64,000 bases of DNA, from positions 32,001 to 96,000 of the IMG/VR virus record IMGVR_UViG_3300035698_017726; one strand, given 5' to 3'. The notes under the pieces were generated by a model. That model worked only from the letters and a program-made list of their open reading frames with translations. It searched no databases and was not told the origin of the DNA. This document shows positions 19,043 to 27,699 of the stretch, in pieces. The DNA is from a virus. Position 1 is the first letter of the stretch; each line of letters starts with the position of its first letter. A program made the position numbers and the translations under genes.

Positions 19043-20797
19043 ATGGCTGCTCCAACCCTTTCAGTTGCCCTACAGCGGGGGAAGAAGACTTTGTTCAAGA
19101 AGCCTTCTCCTCAGCAGGGTGAGGTACCTGGAAAGGTTGCGGACATGGCCAATCCGACTACGTCCCAGTTGGACCTGCTGAACACCGTTCCGTCCGCAAG
19201 GATGGATCGGTATAAGCAGTACCTTCAGGGACACGCAGAGGCTCCGCCTATCGATGTTGTAGAGAAGGCTAGTCCAATTGCCCAAGCCGGAAGAGGCATA
19301 GGCACGGTAGCCGGGTCGGTGATTGGGGCCCCCGTCTCTGCCGTTGCTCGTTTGGGTGGTAGAGAGAGAGCACTCAGCGCGTTTAAGTCCACTCAAGGCC
19401 TAGGCGCGGATATAGGTGGTCGTCTTGGTGGGTTCGTAGGAACTGAGGCGCTAAAGGCCCAGGAAGCGAAGAGATCTCTTCGTGCCCAAGAAGCTGAGAG
19501 AGCTCTAGGGTCAGACGACCTACAAGCGAATATGGAAAACGCGGTCTGGAGTCAGCAGCTAGGCCAGAACAACACTCGTGGTGCGGCGCAAGACAAGGCT
19601 GACCTCGAAAAGGCCCGGATGAGGACCAAGCTTCTCAGCCAGGGGATGAACCTGTATGGTAAGTCTGTAGCCGGCGGTGGCCTACCTTCAGCACCTATAG
19701 ATTCCGGCCCAGGGATCGGAGAGCAGCTTAAAGACGCATTCAACTCCGTGAGGGGCTCCGTGACTGGAAAAACTGCTGGAATCGGCGAACCTAGTCAAGA
19801 TCAGTTGGATCTTCTGAATACGCATCCATCCATGCGCGCAGATAAGTACAAGCAGCATCTGCAGGGATACGTAGACCGCCCTCAGATTGACCCGGAGTCA
19901 GGGGTTGGAACGGGTAGAGTGACCGGCGGTGTTACCGGTGGGCTACTCGGAGCAGGACTTGGAAGTATTGTTGCTAGCGGCAACCCTTTGGCTGGCGCAG
20001 CTGTTGGTGGCGTCGCCGGTGCGGGTCTTGGTGCTTGGGGCGGCGGGTCTCTGGCGCGCAGTAATGCCCAGAGCACCAATGAAGATAACGCCATGTGGTC
20101 CGAGCACGCCAAGGAGCTCCTTGGTAACGAGGACCTCACTCCTCACATGGAGAACGCCGTCTGGAGACAACAGCAGCACCAAACCCAGATGCGAGAAGAG
20201 CAGGAAGCTGAAGAGCGGCAACGTCGCCAGGAGATGACGGCTAAGCTAGTCGGCCAGGCCATCGATGCCTATAAGGACCGGGGAACCCCACAGCCCGCTC
20301 TGCTACAAGAAGCTGCTCCTGCGCAAGAGCCAATGCACGTTGACCCTAGGTCGAGCTTTGGTTCTCCTCCCCCTGATGAACGTGCTCCCAAACTCAAAGA
20401 ACGAGCACCTAAGCTCAAGGCTAAGGACTCAAATCGCCCACTAGGCGATGAGGACATTCCTTCCTGGGCAGAAGACAAAGACGCGTTCCGCGCCGCACAG
20501 AAAGAAGTAGAGGGGTACAAGGCTGCGTCTCTACGTGACTACGCACAACTTTATGAATTTGCATCTACCGGTGAGCTAGGTAAAGAAGCTCAAGCGTATA
20601 TCACTGGCTTCGCCCAGCTAGTTGATGGTAAGCTTGGCAAACCATATCTCACTAAAGTCGCCGATGAAGCTTCAGTCCAAGAGTCTGCAGAGGATGCGAA
20701 AAAGCGTAGGCTTTCTTCGCTTCTGAAGAAGCAGGCACCTTCTGGGACTGTGACAGGATCGGCATCCCCGAACCCACCAATGGGATACCTACAATGA
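19043..20797 (+). CDS. Putative head-internal polyprotein with a duplicated glycine-zipper module
   Basis: Two copies of QLDLLNT.PS.R.D.YKQ.LQG...LG..DL...MENAVW.QQ. Confidence 0.7.
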   Translation: MAAPTLSVALQRGKKTLFKKPSPQQGEVPGKVADMANPTTSQLDLLNTVPSARMDRYKQYLQGHAEAPPIDVVEKASPIAQAGRGIGTVAGSVIGAPVSAVARLGGRERALSAFKSTQGLGADIGGRLGGFVGTEALKAQEAKRSLRAQEAERALGSDDLQANMENAVWSQQLGQNNTRGAAQDKADLEKARMRTKLLSQGMNLYGKSVAGGGLPSAPIDSGPGIGEQLKDAFNSVRGSVTGKTAGIGEPSQDQLDLLNTHPSMRADKYKQHLQGYVDRPQIDPESGVGTGRVTGGVTGGLLGAGLGSIVASGNPLAGAAVGGVAGAGLGAWGGGSLARSNAQSTNEDNAMWSEHAKELLGNEDLTPHMENAVWRQQQHQTQMREEQEAEERQRRQEMTAKLVGQAIDAYKDRGTPQPALLQEAAPAQEPMHVDPRSSFGSPPPDERAPKLKERAPKLKAKDSNRPLGDEDIPSWAEDKDAFRAAQKEVEGYKAASLRDYAQLYEFASTGELGKEAQAYITGFAQLVDGKLGKPYLTKVADEASVQESAEDAKKRRLSSLLKKQAPSGTVTGSASPNPPMGYLQ

Positions 20798-21162
20798 CTG
20801 TAAAGCTAGGATCGACACAGATCTCTGCAGTAGCTGCTCGGGGTGCCCAGACTATTCGCTCTCTGACAGAGAAGGCAGCTTCTTTGGATTCTGAGAACGA
20901 CGGTCTGCGTCAGGAACTGGCCGATCTGAGGCGTGATGCTCGCATCAGCAAGATCGCGTCGGAGATGGACGACAAGGGCCTTCAAGCAGACATGACCTTC
21001 GAAGAGAAGGTTGCAGCTCTCCGTGAACATGACAATCTCGACCTTGCAGAAGAGGCCGTGAAGTTTGCTTCTTTCGCCGTTCCGCTGGCTACCGTCTCTG
21101 AAGATGGGCCTACGGAGAATCAGGGCGGAAGTCTTCATGGCTATCTTGTGACAGGCGGATAG
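20794..21162 (+). CDS. Small coiled-coil head protein (scaffold-like)
   Basis: ATGA overlap; KAAS, KIAS and KFAS motifs; directly before the capsid genes. Confidence 0.65.
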   Translation: MTVKLGSTQISAVAARGAQTIRSLTEKAASLDSENDGLRQELADLRRDARISKIASEMDDKGLQADMTFEEKVAALREHDNLDLAEEAVKFASFAVPLATVSEDGPTENQGGSLHGYLVTGG

Positions 21163-21172
21163 CAATCCGGCC

Positions 21173-21201
21173 TTGCATACATGCATCATAGGCCATACCA
21201 T
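21173..21201 (+). promoter_or_regulatory. sigma70-like promoter upstream of the capsid genes
   Basis: TTGCAT-17 nt-TACCAT followed by AAGGAGG RBS. Confidence 0.5.
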
Positions 21202-21228
21202 TCAGGAAGTTAAGGAGGCCCACTTACC

Positions 21229-21792
21229 ATGGCCGGAACCTATATCTCAATCCTGCAGCCAGGTTACTCCACTCTGTGGACGCGTGACCTGCTGTACACG
21301 CCAGGCACCAATGAAAGTGCCTCCATCAACCCCTTCGATCCCAACGATGATCGACCCCTCGTAGAGGGTGAGTGGCTAGAGCATTCGTCTACGGTACAAA
21401 ACCGCGTCTCACGCGGCGGCGCCAATGGTGCCGGTGCTGGAGCATGTACTGCTCCAGGTATCAAAGAAAACGAAGGCATGAACCCCTCGTATATGTACTT
21501 CATGGAACAGGGACGGTACGACGCGCAAGCAACTAAGCGCGTTCACATGATCTTGGGCCCCTACGGATACGAGTTCCGTACCAAGCTCTGTGACGATACC
21601 GTGGCTATTCCGGTGAACACCGCTCTTACCGTCTGGGACTGGGATGGCCCGGCAGGCGCATGGGGCTTGGTACGTCGTGTTCTTGGAGCTCGCGTAGATG
21701 CGGCTTCTTGGACCGTTGGTCGCGTTGTTCGTGTCTTTGGCACAAACGACGTTAGCGTCATCTTCATGCCTGGTTCCGGCCACGCGGCCTAA
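21229..21792 (+). CDS. Putative head decoration/minor capsid protein
   Basis: Immediately upstream of MCP, strong RBS, beta-rich. Confidence 0.6.
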   Translation: MAGTYISILQPGYSTLWTRDLLYTPGTNESASINPFDPNDDRPLVEGEWLEHSSTVQNRVSRGGANGAGAGACTAPGIKENEGMNPSYMYFMEQGRYDAQATKRVHMILGPYGYEFRTKLCDDTVAIPVNTALTVWDWDGPAGAWGLVRRVLGARVDAASWTVGRVVRVFGTNDVSVIFMPGSGHAA

Positions 21793-21802
21793 GGAGTACA
21801 CC

Positions 21803-22960
21803 ATGGATTACACTGCTGAAATGGTCAACTCCGGCTTCCTAGAGAGACTGGACACCGATGGCCCCACTAAGGTGGCCGCCAACACCCTCAACTACATCAA
21901 GGACAGGTTGCGTGAAGCGAGCTTCGCCGACATGATCGTCCCCGCTCAACGTGTTGTGCGTGGCGATCTACAGCGTAGTACCGAGCACGACACCATGGTC
22001 AAGATCGTGGACATCGAGCCCGGCTCACGCGCCATGAGCTTGAACTTCCGTGGCCAGCCCGAGGCCGTGTACATCACCGGTAAGCGCTATGCGATCACCT
22101 TCTGGACCATCTCGTCCATGAAGTTCGAGATCGTCGAGCAGGAGCTGATGGCGTACGAGATGCCTGTGACCAAGATCATTGAGGAGAACAGCCTCAAGGA
22201 TATGGTTGAGGTAAAGGACCGCGAGTTCCTGTACCACGTCGAGGCCTGCATCGAAGCTATGCAGAGTGAGGGTAATGCTGGCGCCACCGCGTTCAACACC
22301 ACGAACGTGAACCTCGGTCCCGCGACCGTGGTTGGTGTTTCCAAGCTGAAGGGCGAGCTCGCTCTCCAGCAGGTGACTGACGACTTCGTGTCGTACGCCA
22401 TCTCCCGTCCTGACATCGTCAAGATCAAGAAGCTGCTCAAGCGTCAGATTCTGGATGCCGCCGGTAACGTCGTGCGCCAGGGACGTCTCAAGCCAGCTCT
22501 GATGCTGATGACTGAGTCGGACACCGATGACTTCGACCAGTGGACCCATGAGGACTTTGGTGACAGGCTCCAGTCTGACACCACTACCGACGGGTACACC
22601 TACAACAAGGTCCTAGGTCTGCGCATCATCCGCACGATCAAGAACGACATCCTTCGTGAAGGCAACGTCTACATCTTCACCAGCCCTGAGTTCTTCGGTA
22701 GGAACTACATCCTCAACGATGTGAAGTTCTATATCGACAAGATCGCTAACCGGATCTTCTGGCAGGCCTGGATGGACATTGGTATGGGCTTCGGAAACAT
22801 CGCTTCCGTAGTCAAGCTTGAGCTCTACTCTGGCTCCACCATCACTGGTGCTACCGATACCGGCTTTGCGGCTGCCATCCCGGTTGAGGAAGAGGAAATC
22901 GGAGCTCAGAACAACAAGGCTGCAGACGGTCTGACCTTCCCCAGCATCACCGTCTACTAG
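21803..22960 (+). CDS. Major capsid protein
   Basis: 385 aa, AAGGAG RBS, strongly biased codons, position after protease and scaffold, followed by a terminator. Confidence 0.8.
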   Translation: MDYTAEMVNSGFLERLDTDGPTKVAANTLNYIKDRLREASFADMIVPAQRVVRGDLQRSTEHDTMVKIVDIEPGSRAMSLNFRGQPEAVYITGKRYAITFWTISSMKFEIVEQELMAYEMPVTKIIEENSLKDMVEVKDREFLYHVEACIEAMQSEGNAGATAFNTTNVNLGPATVVGVSKLKGELALQQVTDDFVSYAISRPDIVKIKKLLKRQILDAAGNVVRQGRLKPALMLMTESDTDDFDQWTHEDFGDRLQSDTTTDGYTYNKVLGLRIIRTIKNDILREGNVYIFTSPEFFGRNYILNDVKFYIDKIANRIFWQAWMDIGMGFGNIASVVKLELYSGSTITGATDTGFAAAIPVEEEEIGAQNNKAADGLTFPSITVY

Positions 22961-22986
22961 TAGCCGCAAGGCTACCAGAGGCAAAA

Positions 22987-23019
22987 GCGGCCTCGGTCCC
23001 TGTGGGGCCGGGGCCGTTT
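22987..23019 (+). terminator. GC-rich hairpin after MCP
   Basis: GCGGCCTCGGTCCC-TGT-GGGGCCGGGGCCGT followed by TT. Confidence 0.55.
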
Positions 23020-23034
23020 CGCCATGGAGCTCCG

Positions 23035-23757
23035 ATGAGATACCTACTCAGAAACACCATTCGAGACACGCAGTACAAGACGAAGCGTGCTGCGCACCCA
23101 GGAAAGGCGAATAGACGGCCGATTATCGGCGGAAAGCCTCTTCCACCCAGCTCTACCAGAATTCTCCGTCTCCCGCAATTCACCAAGAAGATGCTGGATG
23201 AGATCGAGTACCATCAGGAGGTAGGTAACGTCGTCCTGCTCAGCGTAGGAAAGGCGGGACCCTGTGTAGACATCAACGCACTTAGGAAGCGTCTGGGATT
23301 CCCGATTCCAGTGACGCCCGGCCCAGTAGTGAAGACCGTCAGTGAGCCCGCTCCTGCAGTCTCCATCTCTGAGCCTGTAGAAGAGATTCAGATTCCAGAA
23401 GTAGCCCCGGTAGAAGAGGCACCTCTTCCAGTTCCTGAGCCAGAACCCGAGCCAGAACCCGAGCCCCAGATCGAAGTTCAAGTAGGCGTCGTTACGGCTG
23501 TGGTCACCCCCGGAGAAGATGGGGAGTTCGGAACTGAGGACGATGTAGTACAGCTAGGCGGCAGCATCATAGATGAGATCACCGAGCCTGATACTCCTGT
23601 AGAGGAAGAAGACGCCAAGCCGGTCTATACTGAGTCTGAGCTCAAGAAGATGAAGAACGACAAGCTCAGAGCAATTCTGTTGATGGAGCACGGAGTGAAG
23701 CTCCACGCCAAGAAGGCTGAGCTCGTTTCCACGATCCTCGAACTTCAGGAGGACTAA
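23035..23757 (+). CDS. Protein with EP-repeat linker and C-terminal Rho-N/HeH-like domain
   Basis: ELKKMKNDKLRAIL...AKKAELVSTILE. Confidence 0.65.
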   Translation: MRYLLRNTIRDTQYKTKRAAHPGKANRRPIIGGKPLPPSSTRILRLPQFTKKMLDEIEYHQEVGNVVLLSVGKAGPCVDINALRKRLGFPIPVTPGPVVKTVSEPAPAVSISEPVEEIQIPEVAPVEEAPLPVPEPEPEPEPEPQIEVQVGVVTAVVTPGEDGEFGTEDDVVQLGGSIIDEITEPDTPVEEEDAKPVYTESELKKMKNDKLRAILLMEHGVKLHAKKAELVSTILELQED

Positions 23758-23762
23758 AGAGC

Positions 23763-24245
23763 ATGGCTCTCGTCCAAGTCCACAACATCTCAGACCGGAA
23801 TAGCACTAAGTCTCTACCAAAGGCGTTTCGCGTAGGCGGCATCAAAATCCGTCCTGGCAGCGCCGAGCTGGTAGATGACACTAACATCAACTCAAAGGTT
23901 CGTAGACTTCACGGCACACACCTGTGGATCGGTGCCCTTCCTCCTGCTCTCCTGAAGACCGCCAAGTCGCTCGTCAGAGAAAAGGAAGCTGCCCTCTCCT
24001 TGAAGACAGATCCCATGACCATTCAGGAAGCCAGAGAGTATCTCGGCAGTCTGACGGCCAAGGACATCAGGGTATTGGCAGACGGAATGGTTCCCCCACT
24101 GACGTTCAAGCGTGAGCCTCCTGTCCGTCAACTAGTCGCCAGAGTAAGCAGAGCCATGTTCAGTGGTACTCGTATCCTGGACCCGTCTGTTTTCTTCTGG
24201 TCTCGTAGATGGACTAAGTCAGGATCCGAATACGTAGAGAAGTAG
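23763..24245 (+). CDS. Hypothetical protein
   Basis: GGAGG RBS; operon packing. Confidence 0.65.
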   Translation: MALVQVHNISDRNSTKSLPKAFRVGGIKIRPGSAELVDDTNINSKVRRLHGTHLWIGALPPALLKTAKSLVREKEAALSLKTDPMTIQEAREYLGSLTAKDIRVLADGMVPPLTFKREPPVRQLVARVSRAMFSGTRILDPSVFFWSRRWTKSGSEYVEK

Positions 24246-24246
24246 A

Positions 24247-24753
24247 ATGCTAGGCTTAGGTCCCACTATTGCGGTTCCTACGGCAAGCGCCCGCATGAAC
24301 GAGCTGATTGCACGCATTCGGCTCTTCACGCGGGACTTCCCCGAACTGAACCGACTCATCAAGGGTGAAGAGTCCAGCGACCGTATGATCGCTTGGGCGA
24401 TCATCGACACCCTTGATGATTGGAACTCCACCCCTCCATTTCTAAGCATGGCCGCATCCATTTCCAACTTCCCCTCGGAGCACTTGTTGGTCCGAGGGGC
24501 AGTCTGCTGTCTCCTAGAGAGTGTCGGTCTTCTTCAGACCCGGAACCACCTTCAGTTCTCTGATGGTGGCCTGTCTGTGTCGATCTCCGACAAGGCTCCG
24601 CTCATCATGAACTGGATTCAGCTCTTCAGAACGCAGTACGAGCAGAAGAAGCTCCGCATGAAGACGGCTATCAACATTGAGATGGCCTTCGATGGATCAG
24701 GAACCTTCTCAGAGTACTTCGCCGTCAACGGAATCTATATGGGAGCGTTCTAA
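24247..24753 (+). CDS. Putative head-tail adaptor/neck protein
   Basis: Helical protein (IRLFTRDFPELNRL...FSDGGLSV) in the post-MCP position. Confidence 0.55.
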   Translation: MLGLGPTIAVPTASARMNELIARIRLFTRDFPELNRLIKGEESSDRMIAWAIIDTLDDWNSTPPFLSMAASISNFPSEHLLVRGAVCCLLESVGLLQTRNHLQFSDGGLSVSISDKAPLIMNWIQLFRTQYEQKKLRMKTAINIEMAFDGSGTFSEYFAVNGIYMGAF

Positions 24754-25322
24754 TGCCCAAAGACATCCCGAACACCATCTGGAAGGCTGATGACCCTCTA
24801 GAGCGTAAAGTCCATGCTGCCGAGTATTGGTCCGAGCTCACAGGTAGAGATGAGTCCGCTAAGCGTGAAGCTGAGAGAGTTCCCTCTCCGCACGATGACG
24901 CTGAGGTGGAGTACGAGGATGGAGGGCACACCTTCGAAGATGAGAAGGATGCCTCTGTCCCTGAGGACCTGAAGGCACCGCTAGTTGGTGGAGCTATTGG
25001 GGGCACACTCGGTGCTGCTTCTGGGGCTGCTCTCGGCTACCACAATAGCCGTCCCGGTGCCGACGGTAAGAGCCGCTCCGAGATAGGAAGAGAGCGGAAG
25101 CTCAGGGATCATCTCGAAGACAAAGAGCGGGCCGGTAAGGCTCCAGGGCTTCGGGCCAAGTATCACCAGATGATGCTGAACGAGGCCGTCAAGAACAGGA
25201 AGTCTCCTCTTCGCGGAGCTCTAGGCACTGCCGTAGGAGTAGGAACTGTAGGAGCACTCAGCGGAGCTGGAGTCGGCGCTGAGTATCAAGGGGCTAAGAG
25301 TGATCACGCTTCGGAACTGTAG
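24753..25322 (+). CDS. Glycine-zipper protein with KDAS motif
   Basis: Two GxxxGxxxG hydrophobic segments. Confidence 0.65.
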   Translation: MPKDIPNTIWKADDPLERKVHAAEYWSELTGRDESAKREAERVPSPHDDAEVEYEDGGHTFEDEKDASVPEDLKAPLVGGAIGGTLGAASGAALGYHNSRPGADGKSRSEIGRERKLRDHLEDKERAGKAPGLRAKYHQMMLNEAVKNRKSPLRGALGTAVGVGTVGALSGAGVGAEYQGAKSDHASEL

Positions 25323-26169
25323 GGTCGTCTCCTTTAGCAGGGAGTACATGGATATCTTCTGGGAGGTTGAACCTACCAACGAGGATATCCAGGCCTTCGA
25401 GTTTTACGTGGAGCGGTCAGAAGCGGAAGCCGGACCTTGGCAGCAGATTGCGGGTCCCCTTATCGACAGGTACTACGTCAGAGACGACAGCGCGCCACAG
25501 CTCTACGTCGCTAGAAGGATGTTCTACCGAGTAAAGGTACGGAATACGCTACAGGGTTGGGAGTCTTACTCCGACGTCCTCATTCGTGAGGGAGAACGTG
25601 ACCTTATCTCTGAAGAGATTGTGCGCGCTGAAGCCGTCCTCTTCAGAGAGTTCGTAGGCCGCAAGTGTTGGATGTTCCCCGTACGCACCTTCGGCCAGAG
25701 ATGCCCTCAGTGCTACGACAAGGTGATGCAGAAGGCTACTGACGACAGATGCCCCACATGTTGGGGTACTGGCTACTCCGGAGGCTATCACTACCCTATC
25801 GCCTTCTGGGCGCAGCTGGATGAGGGAGAGGAGTCCATCTCGGCTGCCTCCGACCATCACAGCATGATACTGAACTTTACCATCAGAACTGGACCGTCTC
25901 CTGGGATGAAGCCAGGGGACCTGATCATCGATAATCTCAATAGACGGTCTAGAGTGCTTTCTTACTCCAGTACTCGCCGTTTAGGAGTACCTGTTAGGCA
26001 GGAATGCCGTATGGTTATGGTTCAGCCCAACAGCGTAGAAGACGCCATTCCTCTGCGCGTAGACCACGAAGACGAGGTGTTGGTGCCGCCTAGGAACTTT
26101 ACGAATCCCCAGTGTCTAGAAAGCGCTGACTCAAGCGTAGACGATATACTCGATAAGTATGGGTACTGA
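25300..26169 (+). CDS. Putative neck/head-closure protein with FN3-like N-terminus and CxxC...CxxCxGxG Zn finger
   Basis: GQRCPQCYD...CPTCWGTGYSGGY motif; synteny. Confidence 0.6.
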   Translation: MITLRNCRVVSFSREYMDIFWEVEPTNEDIQAFEFYVERSEAEAGPWQQIAGPLIDRYYVRDDSAPQLYVARRMFYRVKVRNTLQGWESYSDVLIREGERDLISEEIVRAEAVLFREFVGRKCWMFPVRTFGQRCPQCYDKVMQKATDDRCPTCWGTGYSGGYHYPIAFWAQLDEGEESISAASDHHSMILNFTIRTGPSPGMKPGDLIIDNLNRRSRVLSYSSTRRLGVPVRQECRMVMVQPNSVEDAIPLRVDHEDEVLVPPRNFTNPQCLESADSSVDDILDKYGY

Positions 26170-26170
26170 G

Positions 26171-26887
26171 ATGTCTGAAGAGCCTAAGACCAAGATTCAG
26201 ATTCCATGGAAGACTCATCTGACCAACGCCGGTTTGGTGGGCCTCAGCATGGGTGGTGGCTATGCTGCCGGATCCTTGGCTGGGTACGGACTGGCTAAGA
26301 TTCCTGCGGTTCGTGACCAGTGGCACAGCATGACGCCCAAGGAAAGAGCGACGTTCAAGGGAGTAGCTCTAGCGGGTCTTTCTACTGCAGCAGGTACCGC
26401 TGCAGGTTTAAGGCGTATGGGCACCAATGCTCGCATCAAGAAGTCCATGCTGGAGATGGAGAAGGCTGACAGGGAAAAGGATAGCCTCCAGAAGGAAGCT
26501 GGGGCCGTCTTCACTCAGGCATTCATCTCTGAAGTAGAGAAGATCGCAGAGCGCGAGCTCTCTGAGATGGAGAAAGAGGCCATTGTCCAGGCCGTCAAAG
26601 ACATAGCAAGTAGGGGCAAGCCCCTCTTAGCGGCAGGCATGAAGGCTGTAACAAAGGCCGCTCCAAACCTAGTCCAAGGAAGCGCCTCCAGTCCTGCCGA
26701 GGCCATATCAGGCGGGATAAAGGACGTAGCCTCTCGACTTACCCATACTGCTCCCCGTCCTCATGGAGGAGTAACCCAGTTAGCCTCTCGTCAGCTAGCT
26801 AAGAAGGGCCCAGTAGCTGGAATCGGCAAGGCCCTGAATTGGAGTGCTCCCGCATTCGGGCGCTTTGCGATGGAAGCCGCTACATGA
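26171..26887 (+). CDS. Putative virion protein with hydrophobic helices and KxA motifs
   Basis: AFISEVEKIA motif; Gly-rich helices. Confidence 0.65.
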   Translation: MSEEPKTKIQIPWKTHLTNAGLVGLSMGGGYAAGSLAGYGLAKIPAVRDQWHSMTPKERATFKGVALAGLSTAAGTAAGLRRMGTNARIKKSMLEMEKADREKDSLQKEAGAVFTQAFISEVEKIAERELSEMEKEAIVQAVKDIASRGKPLLAAGMKAVTKAAPNLVQGSASSPAEAISGGIKDVASRLTHTAPRPHGGVTQLASRQLAKKGPVAGIGKALNWSAPAFGRFAMEAAT

Positions 26888-27696
26888 CTCAAGTTCCCGC
26901 CAGACACTCGAGTATTGATCAAGGAGTAGGAGAGGACCCCTCATTCTATATCCTTAGGCTCTACACTCAGTTTCTGCAGGGACTCTTCAACTTCATGCCC
27001 ACTGGGCACTTCCACTGGGAGCCTAGTCAGGAGCACAGTGAGATCCTTATTCGTGCAGAGGCTCCCACAGACCCAGAAGTTCTAGGTAAGCTCCCAGCCA
27101 TCGCAGTGACTATGGGTCCGTACCAGTCCTCGGGTTTGGGCATCGACAACATGCTCAGTTTCAATATGTGGACCAATGAGCGCACGAGATCTGATCTGAT
27201 GAATGGGCATCTGGTGGTATACTGCCTCGCGTCTAACGACAGAGTAGCAATGCGCCTGGCCCACATAGTTTCCCATTACACCCGAGTGCATCAGAGATTG
27301 CTGGAGTCCCCAGGGGGATTCCATGCTATTGCTCGACCCTCTCCAATGGTGAACTCTCCTAGTCCTCCAGGGGCCTTGGTTCCTGGTGACCAGAGAGGCA
27401 CAGTAATGGTACAAGTAAATGTCCCATTCGCCTTTCAGTGGACGTGGTCTACAATTCCATTGCGGCAGTCCCCACAAGACCGTTCTTTGGATATGATTAC
27501 GCAAGAAGATAGAGCATCAGACTACCCTTACACTTCCCCTTCCAGGCTTGAAAAGGTAAGGTTAGCTATGTCGACTTCTGACGTCACCGTTAGAAGAATC
27601 CGAGGTAGCTACGCTGTCCGCCCTGAGTTCGTAGAAATCGCCGTAGGACAGGATCCATTCCAGGAGTCCTGGGTGAGTTCCAGCGAGGAGTCATAA
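26884..27696 (+). CDS. Putative tail terminator/completion protein
   Basis: Directly upstream of the sheath; ATGA overlap. Confidence 0.5.
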   Translation: MTQVPARHSSIDQGVGEDPSFYILRLYTQFLQGLFNFMPTGHFHWEPSQEHSEILIRAEAPTDPEVLGKLPAIAVTMGPYQSSGLGIDNMLSFNMWTNERTRSDLMNGHLVVYCLASNDRVAMRLAHIVSHYTRVHQRLLESPGGFHAIARPSPMVNSPSPPGALVPGDQRGTVMVQVNVPFAFQWTWSTIPLRQSPQDRSLDMITQEDRASDYPYTSPSRLEKVRLAMSTSDVTVRRIRGSYAVRPEFVEIAVGQDPFQESWVSSSEES

Positions 27697-27699
27697 TCA

